A stretch of 64,000 nt of DNA from an uncultured bacterium (lineage in GTDB: Bacteria > Planctomycetota > UBA1135 > GCA-002686595). Numbering within the stretch: position 1 is the first letter of the stretch; every line of letters starts with the position of its first letter. The DNA lies in assembly GCA_943787795.1 (NCBI GenBank), contig CALSNU010000002.1, positions 288,001 through 352,000 of the forward strand, in the 5' to 3' direction. Under the pieces are notes generated by a model. The model ran no database searches and was not told where the DNA came from. It saw only the letters and a program-made list of their open reading frames with translations. The translations under genes and the position numbers were made by a program. Shown here in pieces: positions 8,946-17,840 of the stretch.

Positions 8946-11318
8946 TCACATCATCGAGGCCGGGTCAACGTCGATGGCCATGCGCGGACGCTGGGTCTGA
9001 AGATCCGCGAGGATCGCCCTGGCCCGGGAGAGCCCCTGTCCGGAGAGGGGCGCCTTCAGCAGCAGGTGCCAGCGGTGCCGACCCCGGAGGAGCGCCATGG
9101 GAGCAGGAGCAGGGCCCAGCACGTCCACCTTGTGCTCGCCGAGCGCCTCGCGGAGGATCGCGGCGGCCCGCGCCGCGGCGTCCTTGGCCCGCGCCTCCTC
9201 CTCGTCCTCCCAGATGACCCGCAGGAGGCGACGGTACGGCGGATAGCCCAGCTCGGATCGTGCCCGGTCCTCCTCGAGGGCGAAGGACTCGAAGTCATGA
9301 CGCGCCGCGTGCCGGATGGAGGGCTCCTCCACCGAGGTCGTCTGCACCACGATGTGCCCGGGTAGGTCGGCCCGGCCCGCGCGCCCCGAGACCTGGCTCA
9401 CCAGCTGATAGGTGCGCTCGGCCGCGCGGAAGTCAGGCTGATGCAGGGAGGCGTCCGCCGAGACGATGCCCACCAGCGTGACCTTCGGGAAGTCGAGCCC
9501 CTTGGCGATCATCTGCGTCCCCACCAGTACGTCCAGCTCGCCGCGCCCGAAGGCGGAAAGCGTCTCCTCGTAGTCCTCACGCCGCATCATCGTGTCCGAG
9601 TCCATGCGCCCCACCTTCGCGTGGGGACACAGCACCCGCAGGATCTCCTCCACCCGCTGCGACCCGGCGCCGAGGAAACGCAGGGCCGGGGCCGTGCAGG
9701 CGGGGCACGCGCGCGGCACCTCGATCTCCTGGCAGCACGAGTGGCACACCATCCGCTCGTGCCGCTTGTGCCAGGTCATCGCCACGTCGCAGTCCTCGCA
9801 GCGCAGGGTCTCGCCGCACTCCTGGCACCACAGGACCGGCGCGAAGCCGCGCCGATTGATGAAGAGGATGACCTGCTCGGAGCGCGCGATCGTCTCGCGG
9901 AGCAGCTGCTCGAGCCGGCGCGAGAACAGCCGCGGCTTGCCTCGCTCGTCGCGCTCGCCGCGCATGTCCACCACCTCGACCTCGGGGAGCGGCCGACCCG
10001 AGGCTCGGGCGCGGAGTTGAAGAAGCTCGTAGCGACCCAGGCTCGCGTTGCGCCAGCTCTCCAGCGACGGCGTCGCGCTCCCGAGGACACAGACCGCGTC
10101 CGCGTGCTTCGCCCGCAGCACAGCCACGTCCCGGGCGTGATAGCGAGGCACGCTGCCCTGCTTGTATGAGGGCTCGTGCTCCTCGTCCACGACGATGACG
10201 CCGAGGTCCTTGACCGGCGCGAAGATCGCCGACCGGGCGCCCACGACCACCCGCGCCTCGCCACGCCGGACCCGCTGCCACATGTCGAGGCGCTGCACGT
10301 CGGTCATCCCGCTATGCAGGACCGCGACGGCGCCGAAGCGGTCCAGGAACCACCCGACGGTCTGGGGCGTGAGCGCAATCTCCGGCACCAGCACGATGGC
10401 CCCCTTGCCGCGCTCGAGGGCCGCCTCGATCAGGCGCAGATAGACCTCCGTCTTGCCGCTCCCCGTGACGCCATGGAGCAGCGCCGTGCAGAAGCTCCCC
10501 TGATCCAACGCCTCGGTGAGCCGCTCGACCGCCGTCCCCTGGTCCTCCGTGAGCTGGGCGTGGCGCGGCCGCGCCTCGCGATCGCCCGAGAGGAGGTCAT
10601 CGGGGGCCGCCACCACGTGTTCGAGCACGGCGAGGCCCTTCTTGACCAGCGTGCGGATGGGCCCGTCGGTGACGTTGAGCTTCTTGATGACGTCGACGCG
10701 CGCGATGGGCCCACGCGCCTCGAGCAGGGTCCGAAGGACCCGGTGCTGCTTCGCGTTGGCCGCGCCCTCCAGCTCCGCGAGCCGGGATTCGTCCACGCCC
10801 TCGGCTGGCGACACCACCACCACCGTCCGGCGGCCGCCCTCGCGCTTCAGCGCCGCCGGGAGCACGGCCGCGAGCGCCTCGCCCCAGGAGCACGCGTAGT
10901 AGTCGGCCATCCATCGCGTGAGGTCGAGCAGGTGTTCGTCGAGCACCGGCTCCGAGTCCAGCACCTCGGCGATGGGCTTCAGGCGGCCCGCGGGGACGTC
11001 AGTGGTCTCCCGGGTGGCGACGACGACGGCGATCTCACGGCGCCCGGAGAAGGACACCACCACCCTCACCCCCGCCTCGACGCGCGCCTCCAGCTCCGCG
11101 GGGACCGCGTACGTGTACTCGCGCCGCATGGGCCGATTCAGGGCCACCTCGGCGAAGAGCTTCGCAGCCGGCCCCTTGGGGCCAGCGGCGCTGGATCCAG
11201 TGGCGCGGGATCCCGCCGAACGGCGGCGCTCGGGCTCACGCACGAGCTCGGGCCCGAAGAGGCCGTCGACCTTCTTCGTTGCCCCTAGCTCGTTACTCCT
11301 GCTCCGTCCTCGACCCAT
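8946..11318 (-). CDS. priA: Primosomal protein N' (replication-restart helicase)
   Basis: GVTGSGKTEVY, DEEHE, SATPS, four CxxC pairs, GTQMIAKGLDFP, QVSGRAGR. Confidence 0.96.
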   Translation of the reverse strand: MGRGRSRSNELGATKKVDGLFGPELVREPERRRSAGSRATGSSAAGPKGPAAKLFAEVALNRPMRREYTYAVPAELEARVEAGVRVVVSFSGRREIAVVVATRETTDVPAGRLKPIAEVLDSEPVLDEHLLDLTRWMADYYACSWGEALAAVLPAALKREGGRRTVVVVSPAEGVDESRLAELEGAANAKQHRVLRTLLEARGPIARVDVIKKLNVTDGPIRTLVKKGLAVLEHVVAAPDDLLSGDREARPRHAQLTEDQGTAVERLTEALDQGSFCTALLHGVTGSGKTEVYLRLIEAALERGKGAIVLVPEIALTPQTVGWFLDRFGAVAVLHSGMTDVQRLDMWQRVRRGEARVVVGARSAIFAPVKDLGVIVVDEEHEPSYKQGSVPRYHARDVAVLRAKHADAVCVLGSATPSLESWRNASLGRYELLQLRARASGRPLPEVEVVDMRGERDERGKPRLFSRRLEQLLRETIARSEQVILFINRRGFAPVLWCQECGETLRCEDCDVAMTWHKRHERMVCHSCCQEIEVPRACPACTAPALRFLGAGSQRVEEILRVLCPHAKVGRMDSDTMMRREDYEETLSAFGRGELDVLVGTQMIAKGLDFPKVTLVGIVSADASLHQPDFRAAERTYQLVSQVSGRAGRADLPGHIVVQTTSVEEPSIRHAARHDFESFALEEDRARSELGYPPYRRLLRVIWEDEEEARAKDAAARAAAILREALGEHKVDVLGPAPAPMALLRGRHRWHLLLKAPLSGQGLSRARAILADLQTQRPRMAIDVDPASMM

Positions 11319-11418
11319 CCTTCACCGCGCAGCCCTGACGATACCCCCGGCTCACTGGGGCCGCACCCTTCCCTCGGCGGGGTCGCAGCGCCCAGGCCCG
11401 ATTCGAGGGAGCTCCCGC

Positions 11419-12840
11419 TCAGGCGGCGCCTTCGGGGTCCCTTCCGAGCACGATGATGGACACATCCGCAGGGAAGGACTCCTCGTCGGCGAAGGCCTCC
11501 AGCGCGGTCAGGATCCCATCCAGAACCACCTCCGTATCCTCATCCGCGTTACGGAGGAAGAGCTTGTAGAAGCGCTTCTCACCGATCTCCTCGCCCTTCA
11601 GCGAGACCACGCGGACCGCGCCCGTCCCCGCCAGCGCGACCCGATCACCGGGGGCCAGCGGGACCTGCCTGGCGGAGATGCTCCGCTCGAAGACCGGTCC
11701 GCGGTCGAACCCCAGCGCGATGCCGTCCGGCTGGATGGCGCGGATGACGTTCTCCTCACGGGACCAGTGGATGAGCGGGAGCTTGTGCCCCGCAGACACC
11801 ACCTCCAACTCGTGGCGCTCCTGGTCGAGGGCCGCTGCGAGGACGGTCACGAACATCCCGCGGCGGACCTCGCGCGCGAGGACGCGGTTCACACCCTTCA
11901 GCACGTCCTCGAGCGAGCCACCCTGGCGGAACGCCGTCTTCAGGTACGCGCGCGCCATGGCCCCGACCAGGGCTCCCGGCACTCCGGTCCCGCTCACGTC
12001 GCAGGCGAAGAAGATCAGCCGCCCGTCCTCGGCCTCTACGAAGTCGTGGAAGTCGCCGCCCGGCTCCGCCGACCCCACGTGCTCCGAGGCCACGTCGTAC
12101 CCTTCGGGGACCGGAATATCGGTGGGGCGGAGAGCCTCTTGAACCTCGAGCGCCACCTCACGTTCACGCTCCCTGACCGAGAGCTCCATCTCCGCGTCGC
12201 GCGCCTCGCGAAGGGAGTCGGTCATGCGGTCCATGGCCCCGGCAAGGAGCGCCACTTCCCCGCCGCCCTGGGCTCGCACCCGGTGGGTCAGGTTGCCGTT
12301 GGCGATCGCGCGGACATCGTCCACGAGCGAGGTGATCGGCTGGCTCACGCGGTTGGCGACGCCCACAGCCACCGCGGCGGCGACCATCAGCACGATCATG
12401 GTCAACGCGAAGACGAGGCCGTAGAGCTTCGCGAGCGGGTCGTCATCCACCGCCGCAGCAGCGGTCACGCCGACGATCTTGTTCTCGGTCTGCGCCTCGC
12501 GGAAGTAGGCGTAGCCGTCCTCTCCGCTCCGGTTCTCGGAGGTGAAGGTCACGCGACCCCGGAGGATGCCTGGCACGACCCGGACCGCGTCCGTGTTGGG
12601 CTGAATGAACGGCAGCTCGCCGTCCTGGTACTGCGACAGCGCGACGGCGGCCTCATCGCGGGCATCGTCGACCGCGGTCTCAAGGATCTCGCTGGTCGCC
12701 CCGAGCATCAGGTACGAGAAGACCAGCAGGACGAGCGTCAGGGGGATCATCATCGCCACGACGAAGCGCGGCGCGATCTTCAGCCCCACACCCCGCGAAC
12801 CGCTGCGCTCCCGCCCCGCGTCCTCGCGCTGACTCACCAT
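11419..12840 (-). CDS. Membrane HAMP + SpoIIE/PP2C-family phosphatase (possibly degenerate)
   Basis: Two TM helices, HAMP (GNLTHRV...GEVALLAGAMDRM), GGDFHD, CDVSGTG, SAGH; ATG overlaps the pgpA stop (TGATG). Confidence 0.85.
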   Translation of the reverse strand: MVSQREDAGRERSGSRGVGLKIAPRFVVAMMIPLTLVLLVFSYLMLGATSEILETAVDDARDEAAVALSQYQDGELPFIQPNTDAVRVVPGILRGRVTFTSENRSGEDGYAYFREAQTENKIVGVTAAAAVDDDPLAKLYGLVFALTMIVLMVAAAVAVGVANRVSQPITSLVDDVRAIANGNLTHRVRAQGGGEVALLAGAMDRMTDSLREARDAEMELSVREREREVALEVQEALRPTDIPVPEGYDVASEHVGSAEPGGDFHDFVEAEDGRLIFFACDVSGTGVPGALVGAMARAYLKTAFRQGGSLEDVLKGVNRVLAREVRRGMFVTVLAAALDQERHELEVVSAGHKLPLIHWSREENVIRAIQPDGIALGFDRGPVFERSISARQVPLAPGDRVALAGTGAVRVVSLKGEEIGEKRFYKLFLRNADEDTEVVLDGILTALEAFADEESFPADVSIIVLGRDPEGAA

Positions 12841-13403
12841 CAGAGCAGCGACGCGCTGAAGGCCGCGAGGGAACCCACCACACCGCCACCATCGACCCCA
12901 AGGGTCCACGCGCTGGGCTCCAGGAAGAAGGTACGCAGCAGCGCCATGACGCCCAGGCCGTAGATGCCCGCGACCACGTCGTCCAGCAGGATCCCGTCCC
13001 CGCCGGGGATGCGCTCGAAGCGCTTCACGGGGGGCGGCTTGGCGATATCGAAGAAGCGGAACACCACGAACGCGACGAAGAGCGAGAGGAGGGTGGGTCC
13101 CCCGACCCAGGCCACGGTCACGAGGTAGCCGATGACCTCATCCACCACGAAGAAGCCCGGGTCCTTCCCCGCGTGGGCCTCGGCCCAGGGGGCCACGGCG
13201 CGCCCCAGAACGTAGAGGACGAGGGCCGCCACGAGCGCCGAGACCAGGAAGTTGGGGGTCCCGGAGAGCAGCCAGGCGATCAAGACGCCGCCGAGGGTCC
13301 CGAAGGTCCCCGGCGCCACCGGCGCGAGGCCCAACCCGCCGAAGGAAGACACGGCCATGCAGGCGATCGCCTTCGGGGTCCACCGGGTGCCCTCGGCGGT
13401 CAA
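12840..13403 (-). CDS. pgpA: Phosphatidylglycerophosphatase A
   Basis: APGTFGT, DPGFFVVDEVIG, FRFFDIAKP, GILLDDVVAG; TTG start overlaps the pgsA stop. Confidence 0.92.
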   Translation of the reverse strand: MTAEGTRWTPKAIACMAVSSFGGLGLAPVAPGTFGTLGGVLIAWLLSGTPNFLVSALVAALVLYVLGRAVAPWAEAHAGKDPGFFVVDEVIGYLVTVAWVGGPTLLSLFVAFVVFRFFDIAKPPPVKRFERIPGGDGILLDDVVAGIYGLGVMALLRTFFLEPSAWTLGVDGGGVVGSLAAFSASLL

Positions 13404-14032
13404 GCGTCGACCTCCCTGAGGATGTCGCGCGTCCGGAGGCAATAGGTGATCCCGGAGCCAATGGTGGTCACCAGAGTCAGCAGAACGAGGCCCTTGACGA
13501 CCAGGTCCCAGAAGTGGAGCCACCAGTCCCCCCAGGGGAAGGCCTCGATCCAGATCAGCCCCCCGACCGCGATGCTCTGGACGATCATCTTGATCTTGCC
13601 GAAGCCGTCAGCCGGGAACTCTCGCCCGAGGCTCTCGATGTAGCCGCGCAGCCCGGTCACCAGGAACTCCCGGGCGAGGATCACCACAACGTAGGTCGCC
13701 GGGAGGCGCTCAGCCGACCAGGGCATGACGCACAGGTAGACCATGGAGCCCAGGATCAAGACCTTGTCCGTGAAGGGGTCCGCGATCCGGCCGAAGGCCG
13801 TGATGATCTGATCCCTGCGTGCGAGGTAGCCGTCCAGGTAGTCGGTGGCCGCGACGACCACGAAGAGCCAGAAGGCGATGAAGAACGGAGCTCGCTTCTG
13901 CTCGATCTGCTCCGCAGACACGTCCCCCCAGACCGCGAAGATGGCGAACAGCACGAGGGAGCCAGCGAAGCGGATCATGGTGATCCGGTTGGGCCAGTGG
14001 GCGAAGACGCCGTCGCGATCCGCTCCGGTCAT
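13400..14032 (-). CDS. pgsA: CDP-diacylglycerol--glycerol-3-phosphate 3-phosphatidyltransferase
   Basis: PNRITMIR and TDYLDGYLARR...FGRIADPFTDK CDP-alcohol motif; ATGA overlap with rimO. Confidence 0.9.
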   Translation of the reverse strand: MTGADRDGVFAHWPNRITMIRFAGSLVLFAIFAVWGDVSAEQIEQKRAPFFIAFWLFVVVAATDYLDGYLARRDQIITAFGRIADPFTDKVLILGSMVYLCVMPWSAERLPATYVVVILAREFLVTGLRGYIESLGREFPADGFGKIKMIVQSIAVGGLIWIEAFPWGDWWLHFWDLVVKGLVLLTLVTTIGSGITYCLRTRDILREVDA

Positions 14033-15387
14033 GCCGGATCTCCCGCCACCTGCGTGCCGATCCAATTGTGTTCCTGGTCGGTGGCCTCGATGCGCACGCG
14101 GATGCGGTCTCCGACCGCGGCATCAGGTGCTGCCGCGAAGGTGACCATGTCGACCTCGGGCGCATCATGGACCGTACGACCAACAATGACGCCGCCGTCG
14201 GGGTCAGGCGGCTCGTCCACGAGCACCTCGACCTCCGTCCCGATAGCACTGGATTGGGTCTTGGCCAACTGAGCGTCACGCTCCTCGAGCACCGCATCCC
14301 GGCGGGCCATGGCCTCCTCCTCCGGGACGCTCCCCTCGAGGCCGAAGCCCGGGGTGCCCTCCTCGGGGGAGTACGTGAAGGCGCCGACTCGGGAGAGCTC
14401 GAACTCGCGGATGAGGTCCACGACCTCGGCGGCGTCCTGGTCGGTCTCCCCGGGGAAGCCAAGCAGCACCGTGGTCCGCAGCGTCAGGCCAGGCACCTCG
14501 GTGCGCAGGCGGTCCAGCGTACGGCGGACCTGATCGCCGCTGCCTGCCCGGCGCATGGCCCGCAGTACGGGCGTCGCGGCGTGCTGAACAGGGATGTCCA
14601 GGTAGGGCACCACCTTGGGGTGCTCCGCGAGCAGGGGTGCGAGGTCCCAGGGAAAGCGGTTGGGGTAGGCGTACATCACGCGCAGCCTGGCGTCACCGTC
14701 GAGGTCTGCGAGGGACTCCACGAGGGCGGGTAGCTCCGTGCCCAGGTCGCGCCCCCAGGCGGTCGAGTCCTCTGCCACCACAACCAGTTCCTTGACGCCA
14801 GCGCCGATCAGCTCCTCGGCCTCCTCGAGGACATCGGAGGGGCGCTTCGAGCGATGGGGTCCGCGGATCGAGGGGATGGCGCAGAAGGAGCACGTGTGGT
14901 CGCAGCCATGGGAGATCCGCAGATAGGCGTAGCTGCCAGGCGTAGCGAGGAGCCGAGCCCCCTCACGGCGCGGCTCACGCAGGCCGGGCCCCTCGAGGTA
15001 CCGCTGATGCTTCTCCCCCTCGGACATGCTGCGGATGTTCCGGGCGAGCGCGCGGTAGTCGCTGATCTCCGCGAACATGTCCACGTCGGGATACTGACGC
15101 TCGAGGGTCCGGCGGTAGCGCTGGACCAGGCAGCCCGCGACGACCACGGCGCCCAGGTCCCCCGCCTGCTTGCGCTCCACGAGATCACGGATCGCGCCGT
15201 GGCTCTCCTCTCTCGCAGGCCCGATGAAGGAGCAGGTGTTCAGGACCACCGTGTGCGCCTCCTCCGGATCGCCCGTGACGACGAGCCCTTCCTCCGCCAT
15301 CCGACCGAGGATCAGCTCGGAGTCGATCAGGTTCCTGGCACACCCGAGGTGAATCAGGGCCACACGGTCAGCGGGACGGACTGTCAA
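14029..15387 (-). CDS. rimO: Ribosomal protein S12 methylthiotransferase RimO
   Basis: LGCARNLIDSE, NTCSFI, radical-SAM CDHTCSFC, C-terminal TRAM domain (DAPEVD). Confidence 0.95.
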   Translation of the reverse strand: MTVRPADRVALIHLGCARNLIDSELILGRMAEEGLVVTGDPEEAHTVVLNTCSFIGPAREESHGAIRDLVERKQAGDLGAVVVAGCLVQRYRRTLERQYPDVDMFAEISDYRALARNIRSMSEGEKHQRYLEGPGLREPRREGARLLATPGSYAYLRISHGCDHTCSFCAIPSIRGPHRSKRPSDVLEEAEELIGAGVKELVVVAEDSTAWGRDLGTELPALVESLADLDGDARLRVMYAYPNRFPWDLAPLLAEHPKVVPYLDIPVQHAATPVLRAMRRAGSGDQVRRTLDRLRTEVPGLTLRTTVLLGFPGETDQDAAEVVDLIREFELSRVGAFTYSPEEGTPGFGLEGSVPEEEAMARRDAVLEERDAQLAKTQSSAIGTEVEVLVDEPPDPDGGVIVGRTVHDAPEVDMVTFAAAPDAAVGDRIRVRIEATDQEHNWIGTQVAGDPA

Positions 15388-15404
15388 GGGGATCAGAGGT
15401 CAGG

Positions 15405-17825
15405 TCAGGAGTGGGCGAAGTGGTCCTCCCACTCCTCCTCGCTCAGGAGGATATCACGCTTCTTGCCCCCCTTGTACGGGCCGATCAAGCCCTCCGCCTG
15501 AAGCTGATCCAGAAGTTGGCAGGCCTCATCGAACTCCATGTCGAGCTCCTGCTGGAGGACCGAGACCGCCACTCGGCCCTGCCGCACGAGCACGCGGCCC
15601 GCCTTGAGGAGTCGTTCGGAGTCCGCCGAGGCCCCGGAGGGCGGCGACTGGGGCTCGAGAATGACGGCCTCCTCCTCGAGCGCCTCCTCGTACTCGTCCG
15701 GATCAGCGTCCTCGAGCTCTGCGGCCGCCTCGTCCTCCTCGAGGTCCTCCTCGGGATCCTCCGCAGGGTCCTCTTGGGGGCTCTCATCCTCGGCGGCCTC
15801 CTCGTACTCGGCCTCCTCGTACTCAGCCTCCTCCTCCTCGTCGGGCTCCTCCTCGTCGCCTTCCTCTTCTTCCTCTTCTTCCTCTTCTTCGTCGAGCTCG
15901 GCCGCTTCGTAGTCGTCCTCGTCCACGAGCTCGTAGTCACCGTCCTCGAGGGCGTCGATGTCGATCGGGTTGCCGTCCTCGTCGACGTACTCGTACTCGT
16001 CTGACTCTTCCTCAGGCTCTTCCTCAGGCTCTTCCTCAGGCTCCTCCTCAGGCTCCTCCTCCTCAGCTGAAATCTCGTCAGCCGGGGCCTCACCCTCGAG
16101 CGAGTCCTCCGGCGAATCGGCGGCCTGAGCCTCCTCCCCATGGGCGAGGGCGCCCCCTTCCGGCTCGTCACCAGAGCCCGGACCGGCGGTCGGTACAGCG
16201 GGATCTTCAGCCGTGCCGCCGCGGGTCCAGGTCCCATCGGCCTCGGAGACCGTGTCTCCTTCGAAGCCGCCTTCCCACGAGGCCGGGGGTCTCGGGAGCG
16301 AGAGCTCGTCCACATCCGACTCCAACGGCGCCACGCCGCTGGGGAGATCGGTGACCGATGCTTCGGGGGCGGCGGCGCCATCGCCCACCGATCCAGGCGC
16401 CAGATCTCCCTCTCCACCCAGGCGAAGCGACTCCTCGTCGTCCACCAGGTCGAAGGGAGCCACGTCTCCGATCGGGGTCGTGAGTTCAGCAGAAGGGGCC
16501 GGGGGGACGACCTCTGCAGCGGGGGGAGCGGGGCCAGCAGCGGCGGCGCCCCCAAGGGGCGTGGTTCCCTGGGGGATCTCCCCCTTGAGCCGAGGATCGT
16601 CAGGGTAGGGCGAGGGCGGAATCGGCTCCACCTGCTGGAGGCTGGCCGAGGCGTCGCGCCAGACCTCCTCCATGTAGGCGAGGGTGTTGCCGTCCGGCGC
16701 GAGGGCAGCCGCCTCATCGTGAGAGACTCCCTCCGCCTCCCCTCGCACCAGAGCGTCGCCGAGGGTCTTGGGCTCGCTCTTCTTCGGGGCAGGCATCGCG
16801 ACCCGGGGCCGCCTGCTCATCAGGCGACCGCTGACGGCGCCCACCAGACCCCCGAGCCAGCTTGGAATCGCAGCGAAGGAGAAGCCGCCTGCTTGCGCGG
16901 AGGGGGAGGGACCGTCCACCACCGGGTCAGCCTCACGGTCAAGCAGCGGCATCCCGGCGCCTGTGGAAGCCGGTGAGGCCGGATCGGCTGCCGGTACTTG
17001 CTCGGCGCTCGGTCGCGCGGGGGTGACGGCCTCCGAAGCTGCTTCGGGCGCGACGCCGCTGGAAGCTGCCGGGCGGCCACCGGTCGCCTGAGACGGCTTG
17101 GGCCGGCGAGACGCGGCGCCCACGGACTCCTCGGGCCCGCCTGCCGCCTCACCGCCCTTCGCCTTCCCGCCAGCGCCCCTGGGGGCACTTGATCCTGAAC
17201 CGGGTGACTTGCTGGCGGGCCGACTGCTGGACTGCCCGCCGCGACTCGGAGGGGAGATCTCCTGCACCGCCGGCCCCGAGCGCTCGGCGCTCGCGCGCCG
17301 CAGCTCGGGTCCATCGAGGGAGACCTCGAGGGTCCTCGAGCCCTCCCTGGGCGCCTCGGCGAAGGCGAGCCAGAGCGCGACGGCGACGATGCCAGCGCCC
17401 ACGAGGATGCCAGCCCAGGGGCCGACGGCGTCCGCCAGCCGGGCGCCGGTCCCGTCGCCGATCCGTCCACCCGAGCCGACAGCCAGGGCGCTCGAGATCG
17501 CCGCGACGCCGAGGCCACAGACCACGATCCCGACCATCCGGCGCATGAGGTCAGACCGGAGCGCGCCCAGAACGGCCATGGCGCCGAAGACCGCGATGGC
17601 GCCGGAGATCATGAGGCCCGGCCACGTCCCGACCCAGGTCTCCACCCGGGCCGCGAGGGCGGCGGTGCCACCTAGCCCAGCCGAGGACAGGTCCGTGCCA
17701 TCCCGGACGGCCTTGATCAGGGCGACCGCAGGCAGGCACCCGATGAGAAACAGAACGCCACCGAGGAGCTCGGGCCCCCTCGAGGGAATCCGGGCCGCGC
17801 CGCGCTTACGAGGGTCTTCCTTCAT
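15405..17825 (-). CDS. FtsK-like protein with N-terminal TM region and C-terminal gamma domain but no ATPase motor
   Basis: Several N-terminal TM helices, a long Pro/Ala then Glu/Asp-rich linker, and a C-terminus VAVSVLQQELDMEFDEACQLLDQLQAEGLIGPYKGGKKRDIL aligning to the FtsK gamma domain; no Walker A/B. Confidence 0.75.
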   Translation of the reverse strand: MKEDPRKRGAARIPSRGPELLGGVLFLIGCLPAVALIKAVRDGTDLSSAGLGGTAALAARVETWVGTWPGLMISGAIAVFGAMAVLGALRSDLMRRMVGIVVCGLGVAAISSALAVGSGGRIGDGTGARLADAVGPWAGILVGAGIVAVALWLAFAEAPREGSRTLEVSLDGPELRRASAERSGPAVQEISPPSRGGQSSSRPASKSPGSGSSAPRGAGGKAKGGEAAGGPEESVGAASRRPKPSQATGGRPAASSGVAPEAASEAVTPARPSAEQVPAADPASPASTGAGMPLLDREADPVVDGPSPSAQAGGFSFAAIPSWLGGLVGAVSGRLMSRRPRVAMPAPKKSEPKTLGDALVRGEAEGVSHDEAAALAPDGNTLAYMEEVWRDASASLQQVEPIPPSPYPDDPRLKGEIPQGTTPLGGAAAAGPAPPAAEVVPPAPSAELTTPIGDVAPFDLVDDEESLRLGGEGDLAPGSVGDGAAAPEASVTDLPSGVAPLESDVDELSLPRPPASWEGGFEGDTVSEADGTWTRGGTAEDPAVPTAGPGSGDEPEGGALAHGEEAQAADSPEDSLEGEAPADEISAEEEEPEEEPEEEPEEEPEEESDEYEYVDEDGNPIDIDALEDGDYELVDEDDYEAAELDEEEEEEEEEEGDEEEPDEEEEAEYEEAEYEEAAEDESPQEDPAEDPEEDLEEDEAAAELEDADPDEYEEALEEEAVILEPQSPPSGASADSERLLKAGRVLVRQGRVAVSVLQQELDMEFDEACQLLDQLQAEGLIGPYKGGKKRDILLSEEEWEDHFAHS
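16005..16052. repeat. 12-bp tandem repeat x4 encoding (PEEE)n
   Basis: ctc(t/c)tcctcagg four times inside the acidic linker of the ftsK paralog. Confidence 0.85.
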
Positions 17826-17840
17826 GGATCGATTGGCTCA

